A stretch of 64,000 bases of DNA from the human T2T-CHM13v2.0 reference genome, Homo sapiens, in the NCBI RefSeq assembly GCF_009914755.1, contig NC_060926.1. One strand, written 5' to 3'. The translations under genes were made by a program, and so were the position numbers. The notes beneath the pieces are model-generated. The model was not told the DNA's origin and did not search any database. It saw nothing but the letters and a program-made list of their open reading frames with translations. Shown here one piece after another: positions 57,380 through 64,000 of the stretch (position 1 is its first letter; every line of letters starts with the position of its first letter).

Positions 57380-58715
57380 TCACTTTTCTCTTCTCCCCTG
57401 GAGTAGACATTTTACAAAGTGGTTGAGTTCCACCTCATGGTAAGTCTACCATAATTCAAACTTTTTTCAATTTTTCCAGAATACAAAAGAGTGTCATTTT
57501 AATCGTGAAGGATTTATGAAACTTCATGCTGCTGGCCAAATATTATTGACCCTGGGCTGGGCTCACCCAAGCTGGGCCAATCAGGTCCTTTTTCCTGGAA
57601 ATTTGGAATGTCAAACTGAGAGCTTTTGAGACAAGGTTCATTATTTTCTCCAGCTGAAGTCTTTGAAAACACAGTGGCTTCTTTCTATTTTTGTTTTCTT
57701 GTTTTGTTTATATCTTTCTTAGATGCTGTGAAAAACCCTCCTCAACCCGCACCATCCCTCAAAATTTTATTTTTGGCTGGTTTGTTTTTTTGTTTAAGCT
57801 ATACAGAATTGGTTTCTGTTACATGAGACTGAAAGAACTGTAACAATACATGTTTTGCTTGTCATAGTCTCATTCTTCATCCACCCAGATAGCCATTCAT
57901 ATGGTCAGCTGGGTATTACCTTCTCCACATGGAGTTGGTATGTGAGGAGCTAAATCCAAAACTGCCTTTAGGAAGCCCAGGAACATATTATGCTTTTCTT
58001 TCAGAAATACAAAATAAAGATTTTTCCAAAAAAGTTTTCAATACTCTTCAGTATTTAGATCATAGACAATTGAAGAGCAGTAAAGATAAAATCGAGGACA
58101 AGTTAGAGTTTATATAGCCACTATTTATTTATTTTTTTGAAAGTGTCTGTGGTCCACAATACTTGTCACTCTGATAAACCAATATCAGACAGAACTGCAG
58201 AAAATCAGCCATTCTTTCACTTAAGAATAGACTGGTGGATACCTCAAGCCTCTAATTCGTGAGTTTTAGCTACAGCAGATTTGCAAACACCCAGGCATTT
58301 CTTTTCAAAGACCTATGGGATACAGGGAAGGGACCCCAGAAAACTCTGGTTCCAACAAAAGCAGAGTATCTTTAAAATCCAATCTTGTGTGTCTGTCTTA
58401 GGTTCAATTATCTCAGGTTTTATTCTGGTTAGTCTGAACCAAATCATCTGAGGTTTATGGTGGGGGCTCATCTGTCAGAAACTTTGGCCGCATGTTGCTA
58501 TCTTTCTAAAGTAGGTTATTAAATTACTTAGTGTTCACTAAGCACGAGGCATTGTGCTAAGTGGTAGAAATACAAATATTAATAAGATGAATACTCTCTC
58601 TACAAAGTTTTTATAACTTCTCTTTCTCTATTATATGGTAGAAGAAACTTTGTTACACATTCTGCAGAAAGAAATGATATATCTTCCAGTCATCCTTTTC
58701 TTCATCTCTATAGGC

Positions 58716-58728
58716 CTCTCTCTCTCTC

Positions 58729-58783
<55 letters not shown>

Positions 58784-58797
58784 ATCTATCTATCTAC
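58716..58797. repeat. (ATCT)13 tetranucleotide STR with imperfect flanks
   Basis: 13 perfect ATCT units at 58729-58780. Confidence 0.97.
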
Positions 58798-58798
58798 C

Positions 58799-59115
58799 TT
58801 TTGTTTTGTTTTGTTTTGTTTTTTTTGAGATGGAGTTTCTCTCTTGTTGCCCAGGCTGGAGATCAATGGCACGATCTTGGCTCATTGCAACCTCTGGATT
58901 CAAGCGAATCTCCTGCCTCAGCTTCCCAAGTAGCTAGGGTTACAGGTATGCGCCACCACGCCCGGCTATTTTTTTTTTTTTTTTTTTGCATTTTTAGTAG
59001 AGATGGGATTTCACCATGTTGGTCAGGCTGGTCCCGAACTCCTGAACTCAGGTGATCCACCTGCCTCGGCCTCCCAAAGTGCTGGGATTACAGGCATAAG
59101 CCACCGCATCCAGCC
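58799..59115 (-). mobile_element. AluSp-like with a (GTTTT)n tail
   Basis: gagtttctctcttgttg, caatggc and ggtcaggc diagnostics. Confidence 0.93.
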
Positions 59116-59116
59116 C

Positions 59117-59160
59117 CTATCTATCTATCTATCATCATCATCTGTCATCTATTTATCTAT

Positions 59161-59191
<31 letters not shown>

Positions 59192-59236
59192 CCATCCATC
59201 CATCCATCCATCCATCCATCCATCTATCCATCCATC
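59117..59236. repeat. (ATCT)n/(ATCC)n compound STR
   Basis: Visible tetranucleotide arrays. Confidence 0.95.
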
Positions 59237-59239
59237 TGT

Positions 59240-59590
59240 AACAGTTAGTATTGGGTAGATTATGCTGTGGTAACCAATAACTCTAATATCATAGTGGATT
59301 TAAGCAGCAGAAGTTTATTTTTTGGCTAAAATCAAGTTAACTTCAGATTTTTTGATGGGGAGGGCTCTGTTCATGTTGTCCTCACTCACAGATCCAGGTT
59401 GTTGGAAGCTCCACCACCTGAGTACTGATGGATATTGCCCTGGAAGGCTCTGATGTGGAAATAACGCATGTCTCCTTCACTCACAACTCACTGCTAGACT
59501 AGTCAAATGGCCACATCTAACTCTAAGGGGCAGGAAAGTGCTGTCCTATGCCTCGAGGGGGGTGAAATGGAAATGCTAGTGAGCAACATT
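59240..59590 (-). mobile_element. Old MLT1 (J/K-like) LTR
   Basis: ttatgctgtggtaac...agtggatttaagcagcagaagtttattt...tagtcaaatggccacatctaac. Confidence 0.65.
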
Positions 59591-59891
59591 AGTCAATTTC
59601 TTGTCTCCTCCTCCTCGCTTTCCTCCTTCTTTTTTTTCTTTGTCTTTACCTACTCTTCAGAATTTAATCTATCTTATAATTTAATAAAGTACAGACTTAA
59701 AAACAAATAAATCTCTTCTTGTAAAACATGTGACAAGTAGGTAAAAGTAGGTTTTTCCTTGTCATCAGGTAGTCAAATGCCTAGGAAGCTAACTTTCTTT
59801 GTATAAATGCTTTCAAAGGTAAAGATAAAAACAGACAAGCAAAGCCATGTATCCCACCAGCAATATAAAACCAGAACATGTGATAACCAGT

Positions 59892-60406
59892 TGTATTAGC
59901 TTTGCATGGCTTGCTGCAACGAATTGTCTCCAACTCGGTGGACTATAACAACACATATTGATTCTCTCAAGTTCTGGAGGTCAGAGATTAAAATTAGCAT
60001 TCAAGGTGTTTTCAGGCAGAGGTTTACTTGTTAGCTTATGGAGGAGAACCTATTTTTTGCCTTTTCCAGCTTTTACAGTATCATCCCTTGCATTCTTTGG
60101 CTCATGGCCCCTTCCTCCCTCTTTAAAGCTGGCAGTGTAACATTTTCAAATCTCTCTTCTTCTTTGTCATATCACTGTCTCCCCTTCTGATTCTACAATA
60201 AAATAGCCCTCTGTCTTCCTCTTATAAAGACATTTGAGATTTCATTTAGGTCCCACTTTGATAACCCAGAATCCTCTCCACATCTTAAGGTCCTTAACTT
60301 AGTCATATCTGCAGAGTCATTTTTTTTTTCCGTGTAAGATAACATCCACAGGTTCTAGGGAATAGGAACTGGATTTTCTTAGAGGCTATTACTCAAGCCT
60401 ACCACA
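59892..60406 (-). mobile_element. MLT1D-like solo LTR
   Basis: tgtattag...gcctaccaca; TSD ccagt/ctagt. Confidence 0.88.
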
Positions 60407-62232
60407 CTAGTAATATGAACAATAGCAACACTAAATCTCTGATTTTTGAGACAACGATTAAGAATATTATTTGTCAATCAATCCTAGTACCTAATTTTAA
60501 CAGGAGATATCAGAGCAGAATGTACTAGAAGAGAAATGGGATCCAAAATAGTACACCCCAAAATAGTCTAATAATTAGTAATTATAGACCATTTCTTTTG
60601 CTGCTTTTACATATTTTTTAATGCTGATTTGAAATTTGCTGCACTCAGAGATTACATTTTATATTCAGAATCTCAATGCATTTTGTTTTATAAATATAGT
60701 GACTGGATTTGCTGCATTTAGCAGAAAATTCATTGCTTATACTTCCAAAATGAAACCCGTTGGAAACATTTTGTACATATGGGGCTATGAATTATGATTT
60801 TCCCCTTACAAGATATTTTCAAGTCAGAAAAGCAAAATTATTGCTTTCTTTCTCCCCCTGCTCCTTTGGGAAGGGAGCAGTGAATCTTACCTTTTGGCAG
60901 GTCAGAAACTCTCTCTTTTACTCAAGCAAGCTTATGCAGACACCTAAAATTAAATACTAGATTCTCACAAATGTCACACACCTCTAAAGAAGATGGAACC
61001 TAAATTGAATATTAATGAGTAATGAAAGCTGAAAACAAAATTGCCTGTTGGAAATGTGCTTATGAGTTATGAGAATAACATGTAAGTTTCCTCTTTCTAC
61101 TTCATTTTGAAAATAGCTGTCCACAATGTGGTTAAGTGAGCCCTGGGATCCTGATATATTTTTCCAGGATGACTGCAGACTCTTGAGCAAATAATTTGTC
61201 CCATATTGCTGAATTCCTAAGAAATAAAATTGCTCACCCTAAAAAGAGCCTTTTCAGGACTCCAGGGTAATTTCTGCCTGGTGTGTTCAGTGCCTTTTAC
61301 CCCCATCTTTTGGCTATTAGACTCTTACTGAGTTAATGCAATAATTCCTTGGCACTTTTCTCTTGCAGCTGCGGACAGGGTGAACTTTTTCTTGGGCCTG
61401 TGGTGCCTAGCTGTCAGATGGACTGTAACTACATTCACATTTTTATTCATTAAAAAAACCAAAGTAGGAATACTTCTATGTCTCCTGTGGCTTCTGTTGA
61501 ATCTTTGAGGTGATATGAATCTGATCTTATCAAAATTAATGGCTTATGGTCATTCACACTATTATGGTTAATGGGGTTGAGCATGCATTATCCCCTGCAG
61601 AAATAGTGCTTATTTGGGACTTATAGTACAGCACAGTCTGGGAGTATGGTCAACCGAGTCTCTGGCCACTTTGTACTGTACGAATTTGAAATACATAGCA
61701 AATGATAGTTTGCAAAATGAATATTCAAGTATTAGTTTCAGGTTGCTACTCAAGCAGGTTGTGCTAAAAGAGAGCAATAATATTTAAGAATATGTTAAAA
61801 AATGTATCAGTGTTAATGAAACAAAAGCCATACTTTGCATTCTGTAATGAAAGGGAAAATGTATTTTCTTTCAGTATAGGCTCTGGCAACAGTGGCAGTG
61901 TGGTTATTTCAGCCTATGGCTCCTCTCACTTCTACCATTCCACCTCCCTGACCAACCTTCCAGAAGGGCAGAAAGGGCTAATACACTAGATTTAACTTTG
62001 TTTGCTTTCATCTCCTTCCATTTATCCATTTCTCTCAAATAGCCAGGAGGGCCATAGAGTTTTGTCATTAAGGCTGGCAATGTTCAGCCCCAGACTGGGG
62101 CAGGATAAAGGATGGATCCTGGGGCAAGCATTAAAAAAGGTCTCCCTTTAGTGTGAGGGACAAAAGTGGAACTAGAAGCAAGTTAGGGTCACATGTGATA
62201 CTGATATTGCAGAAAATATCAAAGTGGGTCAA

Positions 62233-62601
62233 TGCCATGGATTGAATGTTTGTGTCCACCTTTCCTCCAAAGTCAGATGTTGAAATTCTAACCCCCAGTG
62301 TGATGCTATTACAAGATGGGGCCTTTGGGAAGTGATTAGGTTGTGAGGGTGGAGCCCTCATGAATGGAATTAGTCCCCTTATAAAAGGGACCCTAGAGAA
62401 CACTGTCGCCCTCTTTTCTCCATGTGAGGATGCATTGAGAGGTCAGCAGTCTGCAACCTGGAGGAGAGTTCTCACCAGAACCTCATTGTGATGGCACCCT
62501 GATTTTGGATCTCCAGCCTCCCAAACTGTGAGAAATAAATTTCTGTTATTTGTAAGCCATCCAGTCTATAGCATTTTGTTATAGCAGCCTGAACTAAGAC
62601 A
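62233..62601 (+). mobile_element. MLT1A-type solo LTR
   Basis: tgccatggattgaatgtttgtg...gaactaagaca; perfect TSD gtcaa. Confidence 0.92.
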
Positions 62602-62742
62602 GTCAAGAACCAGGAAAATAAGAGACAAAACATGGGCATTGGCTCAGGTATAGCGGAGTCCTTATGAATTCATAAGACTGCTCTCTGCTGTATTTGGGGT
62701 CATTTTGGTGGCCAAGGTCACATCTCTACCATCAATTGGCAT

Positions 62743-64000
62743 CAGTATGGGGGAACCACCCATATGATTCAAATCATCTCCCACTGGGTCCCTCCCACAA
62801 CATGTGGGAATTTGAGAGTACAATTCAAGATGAGATTTGGGTGGGGACACAGAGACAAACCATATCATTCTGCCCCGGCCCCTCCAAATCTCATGTCCTC
62901 ACATTTCAAAACCAATCATGCCTTCCCAACAGTCCCTACAAGTCTTAACTCATTTCAGCATTAACCCAAAAGTCCACAGTCCAAGGTGTCATCCGAGACA
63001 AGGCAAGTCCCTTTGGCCTATGAGCCTGTAAAATCAAAAGCAAGCTAGTTACTTCCTAGATACAGTGGGGGTATAGGTATGGGGTAAATACAGTCATTCC
63101 AAATGGGAGAAATTGGCCAAAACAACGGGGTTACAGGGCTCATGCAAGTCCGAAATTCAGCAGAGAAGTCAAAATTAAAATGATCTCCTTTGACTCCATG
63201 TCTCACATCCAGGTCGCTCATGCAAGAGGGGGGTTCCCATGGTCTTGGGGAGCTCTGCCCCTGTGGCTTTGCAGGGTATAGCCCCGCTCCTGGCTGCTTT
63301 CACAGGCTGGCACTGAGTGTCTGCGGCTTTTCCAGGCACACAGTGCAAGATGTTGGTGGATCTACCATTCTGGGGTCTGGGGGACAGTGACCCTTTTCTC
63401 ATAGCTCCACTAGGCAGTGCCCCAGTAGGGACTCTGTGTGGGGCTCTGACCCCACATTTCCCTTCTGCACTGCCCTAGCAGAGGTTCTCCATGAGGGCCC
63501 TGCCCCTGCAGCAAACTTTTGCCTGGGCATCCAGGCGTTTCCATATATCTTCTGAAATCTAGGAGGAGGTCCTCAAACCCCTATTCTTGACTTCTGTGCA
63601 CCTGCAGGCTCAACATCACACATAAACTGCCAAGGTTTGGGGGTTGGACCCTCTGAAACCATGGGCTGAGCTGTACCTTGGCCCCTTTTAGCAATGGCTG
63701 GAGCAGCTGGGATACAGGGCACCTAGTCCCTAGGCTGTACACAGCATGGGGACTCTGGGCCCGGCCCACAGAACCATTTTTCCCTCCTAGGCTCTGGGGT
63801 CTGTAATGGGAGGGACTGCCATGAAGACCTATCACATGCCCTGGAGACATTTTCCCCATTGTCTTGGGGATAAACATTCAGCTCTTTGTTACTTATGCAA
63901 ATTTCTGCAGCCAGCTTGAATTTCTCCTCAAAAAATGGGTTTTTCTTTTCTGTGGCATTGTCAGGCTGCAAATTTCTGAACTTTTATTCTGTGTTTCCCT
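62743..64000 (-). mobile_element. THE1A-like element: truncated 3' LTR (62743-62867) plus internal region running off the window
   Basis: aaccatatca|ttctgccccggcccc LTR/PPT junction followed by typical THE1-int sequence. Confidence 0.95.

Noticed and set aside
63175-63971. ORFs in the THE1 internal region
   Set aside because: Short fragments of a non-autonomous MaLR internal sequence; no intact gag-like frame

Overview
Primate (most likely human or great ape) non-coding DNA. It is AT-rich, CpG-depleted and has no CpG island. I find no credible protein-coding gene, RNA gene or CRISPR array; the longer ORFs in the track come from L1 ORF2 remnants, Alu, LTR/DNA-transposon or microsatellite sequence. 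Much of the window is recognisable transposable-element debris (Alu, L1, L2, MIR, MaLR/ERV1/ERVL LTRs, hAT DNA transposons), often nested with readable target-site duplications (TSDs). I did not find a new biological system. The best second-look items are: an LTR8 fragment with the hallmarks of an L1-made processed retrocopy (poly(A) after the LTR poly(A) signal, no U5, 15-bp TSD); an internally deleted old Alu whose TSD also encloses a MER34-like LTR fragment and a second A-tail; a recent 3x80-bp triplication in a MIR about 700 bp from a strong CTCF motif; and a 27-nt microexon-like signal. Repeat family and subfamily names come from my recollection of Repbase/Dfam consensus sequences, not from a search. 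Boundaries without a TSD are approximate. I could not identify the locus or any host gene.
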